A stretch of DNA of 35,664 nucleotides from a virus (IMGVR_UViG_3300045988_119994); one strand, 5' to 3'. Counted from the first letter of the stretch, positions 24,822 to 35,320 are shown. The notes: generated from the letters alone by a model not told the origin. A program made the numbers and translations.

Positions 24822-25378
24822 AACTGACGCCTGTTATTGCTGCGCTGCGTGCCCGCTGCCCGTATTTTGAAAACCGGGTGGCAGGCGCGGCACAGTTCAA
24901 AAATCTGCCGGAGGTCGGAAAGCTGAGACTCCCGGCGGCGTATGTGGTACCGGGGGATGATTCTCCGGGAGAAAACAAAAGCCAGACCGACTACTGGCAG
25001 GAGCTGAAAGAGGGCTTCTCCGTGGTTGTCATACTGAGTAACGGGCGTGATGAGTGCGGTCAGTTTGCTTCGTATGATGTGGTGGACGATGTCCGGCAGA
25101 TGCTCTTTAAGGCCCTGCTGGGCTGGAACCCGGAAGCGTGCGGTAACCCGATTACCTATGACGGCGGCACGCTGCTGGATCTGAATCGTCATGAGCTGAT
25201 TTATCAGTTCGATTTTTCGGTCATCAGCGAGCTGACCGAAGACGATACCCGCCAGCAGGATGAGCTGAACAGTCTGGATGAACTGCGAACGCTGGCGATT
25301 GATGTTGATTATCTCGATCCCGGTAACGGGCCTGACGGCGATATCGAACATCACACCGAAATAACCCTTCCTTCCTGA
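24818..25378 (+). CDS. tail completion / tail terminator-like protein
   Basis: 186 aa; immediately upstream of the sheath gene. Confidence 0.6.
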   Translation: MKLTPVIAALRARCPYFENRVAGAAQFKNLPEVGKLRLPAAYVVPGDDSPGENKSQTDYWQELKEGFSVVVILSNGRDECGQFASYDVVDDVRQMLFKALLGWNPEACGNPITYDGGTLLDLNRHELIYQFDFSVISELTEDDTRQQDELNSLDELRTLAIDVDYLDPGNGPDGDIEHHTEITLPS

Positions 25379-25386
25379 GGATCCTC

Positions 25387-25557
25387 ATGTTTGTCAAACC
25401 TGTTAAAGGGCGGTCAGTGCCTGACCCTGCCCGCGGCGACCTTTTGCCCGCCGAAGGGCGAAATGTTGACGAGAACAACTACTGGCTGCGCCGTGAAGCA
25501 GCGGGTGATATCCGGCGCGTGAATAAAAAGGTGAACACCGATGACGATAAGCTTTAA
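25387..25557 (+). CDS. small protein preceding tail sheath (DUF2635-like, tentative)
   Basis: 56-aa ORF not in the track (MFVKPVKGRSVPDPARGDLLPAEGRNVDENNYWLRREAAGDIRRVNKKVNTDDDKL); GAGGA SD 6 nt upstream; overlaps sheath start. Confidence 0.45.
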   Translation: MFVKPVKGRSVPDPARGDLLPAEGRNVDENNYWLRREAAGDIRRVNKKVNTDDDKL

Positions 25558-27037
25558 CACCATTCCGTCGAATACGCTGGTTCCGTTGTTTTATGCGGAA
25601 ATGGATAACCAGGCGGCGAATACTGCACAGGACAGCGGAGCATCGCTGCTGATTGGTCATGCCAATAACGGTGCAGAGATTGTTGCCAACAGTCTGGTAC
25701 TGATGCCGTCGGCAGACTATGCACGCCAGATTTGTGGTGCGGGAAGTCAGCTGGCGCGTATGGTCGAGGCTTATCGCCAGACTGACCCGTTTGGCGAGCT
25801 GTATGTGATTGCCGTTCCTGAATCCACAGGCGCGGCGGCAACGGTTACGCTGACGGTGACCGGGGAAGCAACCGAAAGCGGCACGGTGAATGTCTATGTG
25901 GGACGTACCCGCGTGCAGGCTCCGGTGACCAACGGCGATAACGTCACGACGATTGCCAGCAGTATCCAGGATGCCATCAATGCCGTTCCGACTCTGCCGT
26001 TTACAGCTTCATCTTCGGCTGGTGTTGTCACGCTGACCGCGCGTCATAAGGGGCTTTGCGGGAATGAAGTTCCTGTCAGCCTCAATTACTACGGCTTCGG
26101 TGGGGGTGAAGTGCTGCCAGCGGGCGTACAGATTGCCGTGGCGACGGGGACCGCCGGAACGGGTGCTCCGGTTCTCACCGGCGCGGTGGCTGCAATGGCG
26201 GATGAGCCGTTTGATTATATCGGTCTGCCGTTCAACGACACGGCCTCCGTTAACACGCTGGTGACCGAGATGAACGATACCAGCGGTCGCTGGAGCTATG
26301 CGCGTCAGCTGTATGGTCATGTGTATACGGCAAAGACCGGCACACTGTCAGAACTGGTGAACGCAGGTGACCAGTTTAACCAGCAGCACATCACCCTGGC
26401 GGGGTACGAAAAAGAGACCCAGACGCCTGCCGACGAGCTGGCGGCAAGCCGTACCGCCCGCGCAGCGGTGTTTATCCGCAACGATCCGGCACGTCCCACG
26501 CAGACCGGTGAGCTGGTGGGGATGCTGCCTGCGCCGAAGGGGAAACGGTTCACGATGACCGAGCAGCAGACCCTGCTGTCTCATGGCGTGGCAACGGCGT
26601 ATGTCGAAAGCGGGGGGCTGCGCATTCAGCGTGATGTCACCACGTACAGGAAAAATGCTTACGGGGTTGCGGATAACAGCTACCTCGACAGCGAGACGCT
26701 GCATACCAGTGCGTATGTACTGCGCAAACTGAAATCCGTCATTACCAGTAAGTACGGGCGTCACAAGCTTGCCAGCGACGGTACCCGCTTTGGTCCCGGT
26801 CAGGCGATTGTTACCCCGGCGGTAATCAAAGGGGAACTGCTGGCAACCTACCGTCAGCTTGAGCGTGCGGGGATCGTGGAAAACTACGAACTGTTTAAGC
26901 AGTACCTGGTTGTTGAGCGTGATGCCAGCGATCCGAACCGCCTGAACACGCTGTTCCCGCCTGACTATGTTAACCAGTTGCGTGTTTTTGCCGTGGTTAA
27001 CCAGTTCCGTCTTCAGTATTCAGAGGAGTCTGCATAA
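25541..27037 (+). CDS. tail sheath protein (contractile tail, Mu gpL-like)
   Basis: 498 aa; position before tube and chaperone genes; family recalled. Confidence 0.9.
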   Translation: MTISFNTIPSNTLVPLFYAEMDNQAANTAQDSGASLLIGHANNGAEIVANSLVLMPSADYARQICGAGSQLARMVEAYRQTDPFGELYVIAVPESTGAAATVTLTVTGEATESGTVNVYVGRTRVQAPVTNGDNVTTIASSIQDAINAVPTLPFTASSSAGVVTLTARHKGLCGNEVPVSLNYYGFGGGEVLPAGVQIAVATGTAGTGAPVLTGAVAAMADEPFDYIGLPFNDTASVNTLVTEMNDTSGRWSYARQLYGHVYTAKTGTLSELVNAGDQFNQQHITLAGYEKETQTPADELAASRTARAAVFIRNDPARPTQTGELVGMLPAPKGKRFTMTEQQTLLSHGVATAYVESGGLRIQRDVTTYRKNAYGVADNSYLDSETLHTSAYVLRKLKSVITSKYGRHKLASDGTRFGPGQAIVTPAVIKGELLATYRQLERAGIVENYELFKQYLVVERDASDPNRLNTLFPPDYVNQLRVFAVVNQFRLQYSEESA

Positions 27038-27393
27038 TGGCCCGTATCGGGGGAACCTGTTATTTCAAAATTGACGGTCAGCAGCTATCGCTGACCGGCG
27101 GCATTGAGGTGCCCATGAACAGGACGGTCAATGATGACATCATCGGCCTGGACGGTTCAGTGGACCGCAAGGAAACTCACCGTGCGCCTTATGTCAAAGG
27201 GACCTTCAAGGTGCCGAAGAATTTTCCGGTGAGCAAAATCACCTCGTCTGATGAGATGACCATCACTGCCGAGCTGGCGAACGGTCAGGTCTATGTATTG
27301 TCGTCCGCCTGGCTGCACGGCGAAGCGAACCATAATGCCGAAGAAGGCACGGTTGATCTTGAGTTCCACGGTGAAGAAGGGGATTACCAGTAA
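27037..27393 (+). CDS. tail tube protein (Mu gpM-like)
   Basis: 118 aa directly after sheath with ATGA overlap. Confidence 0.85.
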   Translation: MARIGGTCYFKIDGQQLSLTGGIEVPMNRTVNDDIIGLDGSVDRKETHRAPYVKGTFKVPKNFPVSKITSSDEMTITAELANGQVYVLSSAWLHGEANHNAEEGTVDLEFHGEEGDYQ

Positions 27394-27662
27394 TGAAAGA
27401 GCTTGAGTTAAAGAAACCGATTATCGCTCATGGTGAGACACTCTCCGTACTGGAGTTTGATGAACCCACCGGGAAGGATGTCCGCGAGCTGGGGTATCCC
27501 TACCAGATGAATCAGGATGAGTCCGTCAGACTTCTGGCGCATGTGGTGTCGAAATACATTGTGCGGCTGGCGAAAGTGCCGCAAAGCTCTGTCGACCAGA
27601 TGTCTCCGGCAGACCTGAATGCAGCGGCGTGGCTTGTGGCTGGTTTTTTCCTCCAGGCCTGA
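27393..27662 (+). CDS. tail assembly chaperone (upstream frame)
   Basis: 89 aa between tube and tape measure; ends just after a slippery heptamer. Confidence 0.75.
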   Translation: MKELELKKPIIAHGETLSVLEFDEPTGKDVRELGYPYQMNQDESVRLLAHVVSKYIVRLAKVPQSSVDQMSPADLNAAAWLVAGFFLQA

Positions 27663-27811
27663 CGGCTGAATACCTCACTGATCGCTTCTTTGACTGCGCC
27701 AGCTACTGGCGCATTAATCCCTTCGAATTGCTGAATATGCCGATCAGTGAAATTCCCTTGCTGGTCAGTCAGGCAAACAGGATAGAGCAGGAGAAACGCA
27801 CACATGGCTGA
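27629..27811 (+). CDS. tail assembly chaperone, -1 frameshift extension
   Basis: ORF in the -1 frame overlapping the chaperone 3' end and running to the tape-measure start; reached via T_TTT_TTC at 27644-27650. Confidence 0.6.
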   Translation: MACGWFFPPGLTAEYLTDRFFDCASYWRINPFELLNMPISEIPLLVSQANRIEQEKRTHG

Positions 27812-29636
27812 ATTTGAGCTTAAGGCGTTGATCACCGGTGTCGACAGGCTTTCTCCCGCGCTGTCGAAAATGCAAAAGAAAATCCGGGGATTTAAACGCC
27901 AGGCGGAAGAAGCGTCACAGGGTGGGCTGGCGCTTGGTGGCGGACTGGCAGCGGGGCTGACGCTTTCCCTGAAATCTTATGCCGATCAGGAAAACGCCGC
28001 TACCGGGCTGAAAGTCGCCATGATGGATGCGAACGGCGAGGTTGGAAAGAGCTTTCAGGACATCAATAAACTGGCTATTGGCCTGGGTAACCAGCTACCC
28101 GGTACAACGGCTGATTTCCAGAACATGATGCAGATGCTGGTGCGTCAGGGGATCCCGGCAGAAAACATTCTGGGTGGTGTGGGTAAAGCGACAGCTTATC
28201 TTGCGGTACAACTGAAAAAAACACCGGAAGCGGCTGCCGAGTTTGCCGCAAAGATGCAGGATGCTACCGGAACGGCCTCAGAAGACATGATGGGGCTGTT
28301 CGACACAATTCAGAAGGCGTTTTATCTGGGCGTTGACGACACCAACATGCTGTCATTCTTCACTAAAACCAGCTCTGTTCTGAAGATGGTGAATAAGGAC
28401 GGTCTTCAGGCTGCACAGAGTCTTGCCCCCATCAGTGTCATGATGGATCAGATGGGGATGAACGGGGAGTCGGCAGGTAATGCCCTGCGAAAAGTTATCC
28501 AGTCCGGATTAAGCGTTAAGAAAATCAGGGACGTCAATAAAGTCATGGCCCGCCAGAAACTCGGGGTACAGCTCGATTTTACTGACGGCAAAGGAAGTTT
28601 TGGCGGTCTTGATAACATGTTCAGGCAACTGGCAAAGTTGCGAAAACTGACCGACGTTAAGCGAACAGGCGTACTTAAGGCAATATTTGGTGATGATGCC
28701 GAAACCCTTCAGGTGGTCAATGCGCTGATCGATAAAGGAAAGGATGGCTACGATCAGATCCAGCAGAAGATGAATAAACAGGCCAGCCTGAATAAACGTG
28801 TTCAGGCTCAGCTTGGTACGCTGTCCAACCTGTGGGAGGCAATGACGGGGACCGCAACTAACGGCCTTGCGGCTATTGGCGGCGCATTTTCTGGTGACGC
28901 TAAGAACATCACGCAGTGGCTGGGGGAGTTGGGGGAGAAATTCACGAAGTTTGCGGATGAAAATCCCCGGGTTATTCGCGGCGTCGTCGGGCTTGCTGCC
29001 GGTCTTGCGATTCTGAAACTGGGATTGATGGGCGTGGGCAGTGCCATCAGCATTGTCAGCAGGATCATGTCGATGACGCCGATTGGCATGATTGCGACGG
29101 CGATAGCCCTGGCTGCGGGATTAATTATCACCAACTGGGATGTTGTCGGACCTTATTTCAAGAAGCTCTGGGAAACCATTGGTCCTTATTTTGAGGCTGG
29201 CTGGGAACTCCTTAAGAAAGTTTTTGCCTGGTCGCCGCTGGGGATGGTGATCAATAACTGGGGGCCGGTTGTTAAGTGGTTTCAGGATATGTGGGACAAG
29301 CTGAAGCCAATTATTGAGTGGTTTATCGACAGTTCCGGTGACACGGTCGATGCCATTAACTCTGCGCAGTGGGGCGCGGGTGCTTATGATGCTTATGGGA
29401 CGGGAATACCGCCACGGGGATACACTCCTTATCCGGAGGTGGATCCGGCTCAGGCAAACAACGCCTCCGGTGCCACAGGTCCGAATCCCTTCATGATTAA
29501 TAAAGCTACCGCGCCAAAAGTTGATGGTGAGATCAAGGTATCATTTATAAATATGCCACCAGGTATGCGGGTTACGGAAACACGCTCCAGTGGCATTGAT
29601 ATAAATCACGATGTTGGCTATACCCGATTTTGGTAG
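27804..29636 (+). CDS. tail tape measure protein
   Basis: 610 aa, helical N-terminus, Gly/Ala-rich hydrophobic central segments; position. Confidence 0.9.
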   Translation: MAEFELKALITGVDRLSPALSKMQKKIRGFKRQAEEASQGGLALGGGLAAGLTLSLKSYADQENAATGLKVAMMDANGEVGKSFQDINKLAIGLGNQLPGTTADFQNMMQMLVRQGIPAENILGGVGKATAYLAVQLKKTPEAAAEFAAKMQDATGTASEDMMGLFDTIQKAFYLGVDDTNMLSFFTKTSSVLKMVNKDGLQAAQSLAPISVMMDQMGMNGESAGNALRKVIQSGLSVKKIRDVNKVMARQKLGVQLDFTDGKGSFGGLDNMFRQLAKLRKLTDVKRTGVLKAIFGDDAETLQVVNALIDKGKDGYDQIQQKMNKQASLNKRVQAQLGTLSNLWEAMTGTATNGLAAIGGAFSGDAKNITQWLGELGEKFTKFADENPRVIRGVVGLAAGLAILKLGLMGVGSAISIVSRIMSMTPIGMIATAIALAAGLIITNWDVVGPYFKKLWETIGPYFEAGWELLKKVFAWSPLGMVINNWGPVVKWFQDMWDKLKPIIEWFIDSSGDTVDAINSAQWGAGAYDAYGTGIPPRGYTPYPEVDPAQANNASGATGPNPFMINKATAPKVDGEIKVSFINMPPGMRVTETRSSGIDINHDVGYTRFW

Positions 29637-29664
29637 CCAGGATTCCCCTCACAGGTATTGCTGG

Positions 29665-29692
29665 TTGTAAGTCATAAATAGAGTGATAGAAT
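29665..29692 (+). promoter_or_regulatory. candidate sigma70 promoter of the tail-module moron (TTGTAA-N16-TAGAAT)
   Basis: -35 at 29665-29670, -10 at 29687-29692, 36 bp upstream of the moron ATG. Confidence 0.4.
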
Positions 29693-29727
29693 TAATGCAC
29701 ATTTAGAAAAATGTTAATAGGCGAAAA

Positions 29728-30258
29728 ATGAAAGGCTATATCACAGCAAGTGTAATTCTTGGAGTGGCGGCTATTTTTTCATCTCTCATAATCTCTGGCA
29801 ACATCTCCTTTAAAGATGAACATATTATTCAGTTATCTGGAGGAGCCATAAAACTTGGTGATGTTTATAAAGAAAATAAATTGATAAGTGCAAAGATTAT
29901 TTTTCCAGATAATCAGGGTGAACAGATTCTTGTTGTCGACGGCAATCCTGAAAACTTTAAGGAGGATTTTCAGGAGAAATTAAATAAAGTAATAAAAACT
30001 TTAAATGCGTCAAAGAAAAAAGATGAAGAGAAAGTTAGCCTGGATAATTTAAGTGTTATTGAAGAGTCTAAACTAGAGCTCGTTTCTGCGGTGCGTTACT
30101 CTGCTCAGTATGTTCCTATGTTTACTCTGACGCTGGACAAAAAAGAAATTACCATGCCTAAAAATACGGTAATATTTCCATTTGCCAGCGATGAAACAGC
30201 TAAGTATTTAAATGAACAACAGCAAAAGTATAAAGATTCGTTGTTTCTGACTCGCTAA
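29728..30258 (+). CDS. hypothetical membrane-anchored protein (AT-rich moron inside tail module)
   Basis: 176 aa; single N-terminal hydrophobic helix; AT-rich; own promoter and terminator. Confidence 0.6.
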   Translation: MKGYITASVILGVAAIFSSLIISGNISFKDEHIIQLSGGAIKLGDVYKENKLISAKIIFPDNQGEQILVVDGNPENFKEDFQEKLNKVIKTLNASKKKDEEKVSLDNLSVIEESKLELVSAVRYSAQYVPMFTLTLDKKEITMPKNTVIFPFASDETAKYLNEQQQKYKDSLFLTR

Positions 30259-30276
30259 TTAATAAAATTCATTACA

Positions 30277-30305
30277 AGGCCACCTTCTAATAGGTGGCTT
30301 TTTAA
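30277..30305 (+). terminator. rho-independent terminator after the moron
   Basis: Stem GCCACC / GGTGGC (30279-30284 / 30293-30298), loop TTCTAATA, then TTTTTAATTTT. Confidence 0.6.
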
Positions 30306-30319
30306 TTTTCGGAGTATAT

Positions 30320-31648
30320 ATGACGTGGAAAGACAGACTTCAGGACGCGTCATTTCGCGGTGTGCCGTTTAAGGTTGAAGAAGAAAGTGCGGGAACCGGT
30401 CGTCGTGTGGAAACACATGAATACCCGAACCGCGACAAGCCCTATACCGAAGACCTGGGGAAAATCACTTTCCGCCCGTCCATCACGGCTTATGTGGTGG
30501 GAGATGACTGCTTTGACCAGCGCGATCGCCTGATTGACGCGCTGAATAAACCCGGTCCCGGCACGCTTGTCCATCCGACTTACGGTGAGCTGAAAGTCTG
30601 TGTTGACGGAGAGGTTCGGGTCAGCACATCGAAGAGTGAAGGGCGTATTGTCCGCTTTGACCTGAAGTTTGTCGAAGCGGGAGAACTCTCTTACCCCACA
30701 TCAGGTGCGGCGACGGCGCAGACGCTGATGTCATCCTGTTCTGCACTGGATGACTGCATCAGTGACAGCTTCAGCGGTTTCAGTATTGATGGCGTGGCGG
30801 ATTTTGTGCAGAACGACGTTATCGGTAATGCCAGCACAATGCTGGGGTATGTTTCTGATGCGATGAAAGTGGTGGATTCTGCCGTATCGGATGCCGCCAG
30901 GCTGTTGCAGGGGGATATCTCGGTACTTCTGCCGCCGCCATCGTCAGGCAAAAATTTTGTTGAGCAGGTGCAGAAAATGTGGCGTACCGGGAAGCACCTT
31001 TATGGTAACGCCAGCGACCTGGTCACCATGATCAAAACGCTTTCTGGTGTCAGCCTCGGCAGCGATCTGCAACCGCGCGGCGTCTGGAAAACGGACAGTA
31101 AAACCACCGCCACGGCGACGCAGCAGCGTAACGTGGTTGCCAGCACCCTTCGTACGACCGCAATCAGCGAAGCGGCGTATGCCGTCACCCGATTGCCTGC
31201 GCCAACAACTTCCGCGGTGATGCAGAATGCTGCAGTGGGGCAGTCAACAACACCCGCGCAGAGCACCGGCTGGCCTTCCGTCACGCATCCGGCACTGAAC
31301 AATGCACCGGCGGTGAAAAACACGGTTGACCTGCCAACGTGGGAGGAACTGACCGACATTCGCGACACACTGAATACGGCAATTGATAAGGAGTTGTCCC
31401 GTACAACCAGTGATGCGCTATTTCTGGCGCTGCGCCGGGTGAAAGCAGATCTGAATGCGGATATCAACACGCGCCTTGAACAGTCTGCACGGATCATTCA
31501 GCGCACGCCGGATGAGGTTTTACCCGCGCTGGTGCTGGCGGCGACCTGGTTTGATAACGCGGCGCGTGACGCGGACATTATCCGGCGTAATGCCATTAAA
31601 CATCCCGGCTTTGTGCCGGTGATCCCTCTGAAGGTGCCAGTGCAATGA
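30320..31648 (+). CDS. DNA circularisation protein (Mu gpN-like)
   Basis: 442 aa; MTWKDRLQDASFRGVPFKVEE... N-terminus typical of Mu N family as recalled. Confidence 0.8.
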   Translation: MTWKDRLQDASFRGVPFKVEEESAGTGRRVETHEYPNRDKPYTEDLGKITFRPSITAYVVGDDCFDQRDRLIDALNKPGPGTLVHPTYGELKVCVDGEVRVSTSKSEGRIVRFDLKFVEAGELSYPTSGAATAQTLMSSCSALDDCISDSFSGFSIDGVADFVQNDVIGNASTMLGYVSDAMKVVDSAVSDAARLLQGDISVLLPPPSSGKNFVEQVQKMWRTGKHLYGNASDLVTMIKTLSGVSLGSDLQPRGVWKTDSKTTATATQQRNVVASTLRTTAISEAAYAVTRLPAPTTSAVMQNAAVGQSTTPAQSTGWPSVTHPALNNAPAVKNTVDLPTWEELTDIRDTLNTAIDKELSRTTSDALFLALRRVKADLNADINTRLEQSARIIQRTPDEVLPALVLAATWFDNAARDADIIRRNAIKHPGFVPVIPLKVPVQ

Positions 31649-32724
31649 ACGATAACGTCACGCTACGGGTAAATGGCCGGGAGTGGAATGGCTGGACATC
31701 GGTGCGCATCGGTGCCGGTATTGAACGGCTGGCGCGGGATTTCAGTGTGGAGATCACCCGCCAGTGGCCGGGAGATGAGGGTATCACCACGCTTCAGCCG
31801 CGCATTAAAAACGGTTCAAAAGTGGAAGTGCTGATTGGTGATGAGCTGGTGATCACTGGCTGGGTGGAGGCGACGCCCGTTCGTTACGATGCCCGTTCGG
31901 TCAGCACCGGTATTGCCGGACGCAGTCTGACCGCTGACCTGATTGACTGTGCAGCCGAACCGACACAGTTTAACGGACGATCGCTGGTACAGATTGCGCA
32001 GGCGCTTGCTGCGCCTTTCGGCATTGAGGTGGTGAACAACGGTGCGCCGTCGGGTGTTATTCCTGACGTCCAGCCTGATCACGGTGAAACGGTGATTGAG
32101 GTAATCAACAAAATACTCGGTCAGCAGCAGGCACTGGCTTACGACGATCCGCACGGCAGGCTGGTGATTGGCGGTATTGGCTCAACGCGGGCACATACCG
32201 CGCTGGTACTTGGGGAAAACATCCTTTCCTGTGATACGGAGAAGAGTATCCGGGAGCGGTTTTCAGTTTACCAGGTGGCGGGGCAGCGTGCCGGAAACGA
32301 CGATGATTTCGGTGAGGCCACCACCACCGCGCTGCGGGCCCGCACAGAGGACGCATTTATTGCCCGTTACCGTCCGATGTATATCAGGCAGACAGGGCAG
32401 GCCACGGGGGCAGGCTGTATTGCGCGTGCTGACTTTGAAGCCCGACAACGGGCGGCGCGGACGGATGAAACCACCTATGTGGTGCAGGGCTGGCGACAGG
32501 GTAACGGTACGCTGTGGCAGCCCAATCAGCGGGTGATTGTCTTCGATCCGGTCTGTGGTTTCGACAATACCGAACTGCTTGTCTCGGAAGTCACGTTTAC
32601 TCAGGACCAGAACGGCACCCTGACGGAAATCCGTGTCGGCCCACCTGATGCTTATCTGCCTGAACCCGAAGCCCCCGGCGCGCGGAAAAAGAAAAAAGCC
32701 AGAGTACAGGAGGACCCGTTCTGA
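31645..32724 (+). CDS. baseplate hub protein (Mu gpP / gp44-like)
   Basis: 359 aa; position after the gpN-like gene. Confidence 0.8.
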   Translation: MNDNVTLRVNGREWNGWTSVRIGAGIERLARDFSVEITRQWPGDEGITTLQPRIKNGSKVEVLIGDELVITGWVEATPVRYDARSVSTGIAGRSLTADLIDCAAEPTQFNGRSLVQIAQALAAPFGIEVVNNGAPSGVIPDVQPDHGETVIEVINKILGQQQALAYDDPHGRLVIGGIGSTRAHTALVLGENILSCDTEKSIRERFSVYQVAGQRAGNDDDFGEATTTALRARTEDAFIARYRPMYIRQTGQATGAGCIARADFEARQRAARTDETTYVVQGWRQGNGTLWQPNQRVIVFDPVCGFDNTELLVSEVTFTQDQNGTLTEIRVGPPDAYLPEPEAPGARKKKKARVQEDPF

Positions 32725-33272
32725 TGAGGACGATTGAAGCCATGCAGCGACAACTCCTCGGCCTGATTGGGCGGGCCGTGGTGAAAAGCATCAGTGCCGC
32801 CACGAAATGTCAGACCGTGGATGTGTCCCTGATTGCCGGTGAACCCAAAGCCGGGGTTGAACATCTTGAACCCTACGGTTTTACCGCAAGGGCAAACAGC
32901 GGTGCGGAAGCGGTGGTGTTGTTTCCGGATGGCGACCGTTCTCATGCGGTGGTTGTTACGGTGTCGGACCGGCGCTACCGCCTGAAAGGGCTGCAGACGG
33001 GTGAGGTGGCTGTCTATGACGATCAGGGGCAGTCCGTGACGCTGACCCGGGAGGGGATCGTGGTGGACGGTGCAGGTAAAACGATCACGTTTCGCAATGC
33101 ACCTGAAGCACGTTTTGAAATGGATCTGGAAGTGACAGGACAGGTGAAAGACCTGTGCGACTCCGGCGGCACCACCATGTCAGCGATGCGGCTTGCCTAT
33201 AACGGGCATCGTCACAGAGAGAACGGCCAGGGCAGTAACACCGACAAACCTGATAAAGCGATGGAGGCATGA
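32724..33272 (+). CDS. baseplate spike protein (gpV / Mu gp45-like)
   Basis: 182 aa; position; family recalled. Confidence 0.8.
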   Translation: MRTIEAMQRQLLGLIGRAVVKSISAATKCQTVDVSLIAGEPKAGVEHLEPYGFTARANSGAEAVVLFPDGDRSHAVVVTVSDRRYRLKGLQTGEVAVYDDQGQSVTLTREGIVVDGAGKTITFRNAPEARFEMDLEVTGQVKDLCDSGGTTMSAMRLAYNGHRHRENGQGSNTDKPDKAMEA

Positions 33273-33697
33273 TGGAACTGTGGCTGACGGTGAACGGTAA
33301 ACGCACCTGCGCCAGCGCACCGCTGGATCCGCTGACCCGCGCCGTGGTGATTTCCCTGTTTACCTGGCGGCGGGCGGAGCCTGATGACAACGCCGACGTC
33401 CCGATGGGATGGTGGGGGGATACCTGGCCTGCGGTACAGAATGACCGTTACGGCTCCCGACTGTGGCTGCTTCAGCGCAGCAAATTGACCAATCAGCTGG
33501 TGCAGACGGTAAGGGGATATATCCGCGAATGCCTGCAATGGATGATTGATGACGGCGTGGTGTCCCGTATTGATCTGGATATCCGCCGCACCGGGATTAA
33601 TGAACTGGGTAACAGTATCACTCTCTGGCGTCGTGACGGACCGGTAATGATTTCTTTTGATGATCTGTGGAGTGCGATAACGCATGGCGGACAGTGA
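33269..33697 (+). CDS. baseplate protein (Mu gp46 / gpW-like)
   Basis: 142 aa; position. Confidence 0.75.
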   Translation: MMELWLTVNGKRTCASAPLDPLTRAVVISLFTWRRAEPDDNADVPMGWWGDTWPAVQNDRYGSRLWLLQRSKLTNQLVQTVRGYIRECLQWMIDDGVVSRIDLDIRRTGINELGNSITLWRRDGPVMISFDDLWSAITHGGQ

Positions 33698-34742
33698 ATT
33701 TCAGCGCCCGACGCTGGCAGAAAATATCAGTATGCTCCGTAACGATTTATTCGCCAGGCTGGACGTCAGCGACACGCTCCGGCGCATGGATGAAGACGTG
33801 CGGGCAAAGGTGTATGCGGCGGCGCTGCATACGGTTTACGGGTACATCGATTATCTGGCAATGAACATGCTGCCTGACCTGTGCGATGAGTCCTGGCTGG
33901 CGCGACATGCTGCGATGAAACGGTGTCCGCGCAAGGGGGCCACGGCTGCCAGCGGGTATATGCGCTGGGAAGGTGTCAGCGATGGCCTGAAGGTGACTGC
34001 CGGGAGCGTGATTCAGCGCGATGACCTGGTTCAGTACACGGCAACTGCCGATGCAACCAGCTCCGGTGGTGTCCTGCGCGTGCCGATCGCCTGCTCAACT
34101 GCAGGCGCGGTCGGTAACGCTGACGATGGTACGGCATTAATCCTGGTCACGCCGGTGAATGGTCTGCCGTCTTCCGGTGTGACTGACACCCTGACAGGCG
34201 GATTTGATACAGAAGATCTGGAAACGTGGCGCGCCCGCGTCATTGAGCGGTATTACTGGACGCCGCAGGGCGGGGCTGACGGGGACTATGTCGTCTGGGC
34301 TAAAGAAGTGCCCGGCATTACCCGCGCATGGACATACCGTCACTGGATGGGAACGGGAACTGTCGGTGTGATGATTGCCGGCAGTGACCTGATTAATCCC
34401 ATTCCGGAAGAATCAACGGAAACGGCGGCAAGACAACATATCGGGCCACTGGCCCCGGTGGCAGGCTCTGATTTGTATGTGTTCAGGCCGGTGGCGCATA
34501 CGGTGGATTTTCATATCCGTGTGACGCCGGATACACCGGAAATACGGGCTGCCATCACCGCGGAGTTGCGTTCGTTCCTGCTGCGTGATGGTTATCCGCA
34601 GGGAGAACTGAAGGTGTCGCGTATCAGTGAAGCGATTTCCGGTGCGAACGGGGAATACAGCCATCAGTTGCTTGCACCGGCGGAAAATATCTCCATTGCA
34701 AAAAATGAACTGGCGGTTCTGGGGACGATTTCATGGACGTGA
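33684..34742 (+). CDS. baseplate J-like protein (Mu gp47 / e14 JayE-like)
   Basis: 352 aa; position; family recalled. Confidence 0.85.
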   Translation: MADSEFQRPTLAENISMLRNDLFARLDVSDTLRRMDEDVRAKVYAAALHTVYGYIDYLAMNMLPDLCDESWLARHAAMKRCPRKGATAASGYMRWEGVSDGLKVTAGSVIQRDDLVQYTATADATSSGGVLRVPIACSTAGAVGNADDGTALILVTPVNGLPSSGVTDTLTGGFDTEDLETWRARVIERYYWTPQGGADGDYVVWAKEVPGITRAWTYRHWMGTGTVGVMIAGSDLINPIPEESTETAARQHIGPLAPVAGSDLYVFRPVAHTVDFHIRVTPDTPEIRAAITAELRSFLLRDGYPQGELKVSRISEAISGANGEYSHQLLAPAENISIAKNELAVLGTISWT

Positions 34743-35317
34743 CAAACGATGATTACATCCGTCTGTTGTCGGCACTGCTGCCGCCCGGTCCGGCGTGGTC
34801 AGCCAGCGATCCGGCGATTGCCGGTGCGGCACAGTCATTAACCCGCGTTCATCAGCGTGCGGATGCCCTGATGCGGGAGCTGGATCCGCGCACCACCACC
34901 GAACTGATAAATCGCTGGGAGCGTCTGTGCGGCCTGCCGGATGAATGTATTCCCGCAGGAACACAGACCCTTCGCCAGCGTCAGCAACGACTGGATGCGA
35001 AGGTTAACCTGGCGGGCGGCATCAATGAGGATTTTTACCTTGCACAGCTTGCTGCCCTGGGCAGACCAGACGCCACCATCACGCGATACGACAAAAGCAC
35101 GTTCACCTGCTCATCGTCCTGTACTGACGCGGTGAATGCGCCGGAATGGCGGTATTACTGGCAGGTCAACATGCCAGCCGCCACCAACAGCACCTGGATG
35201 ACATGTGGCGATCCCTGTGATTCCGCGCTGCGTATCTGGGGCGACACCGTCGTCGAATGTGTGCTTAACAAACTCTGCCCTTCGCATACCTACGTAATTT
35301 TTAAATATCCGGAGTAA
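34733..35317 (+). CDS. ymfQ: tail protein, DUF2313 / Mu gp48-like (e14 YmfQ-like)
   Basis: 194 aa, same size as e14 YmfQ as recalled; position between baseplate J and tail fibre. Confidence 0.7.
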   Translation: MDVTNDDYIRLLSALLPPGPAWSASDPAIAGAAQSLTRVHQRADALMRELDPRTTTELINRWERLCGLPDECIPAGTQTLRQRQQRLDAKVNLAGGINEDFYLAQLAALGRPDATITRYDKSTFTCSSSCTDAVNAPEWRYYWQVNMPAATNSTWMTCGDPCDSALRIWGDTVVECVLNKLCPSHTYVIFKYPE

Positions 35318-35320
35318 TCC

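Noticed and set aside
20283-25354. Long antisense track ORFs inside structural genes (20283-20858, 23520-24077, 24177-24752, 24764-25354, also 11122-11703 and 31000-31497)
   Set aside because: Lie entirely within well-supported sense-strand genes (portal, connector, tail components, methyltransferase, DNA-circularisation protein), have no SD and Arg/Pro-rich products; typical GC-rich antisense artefacts.
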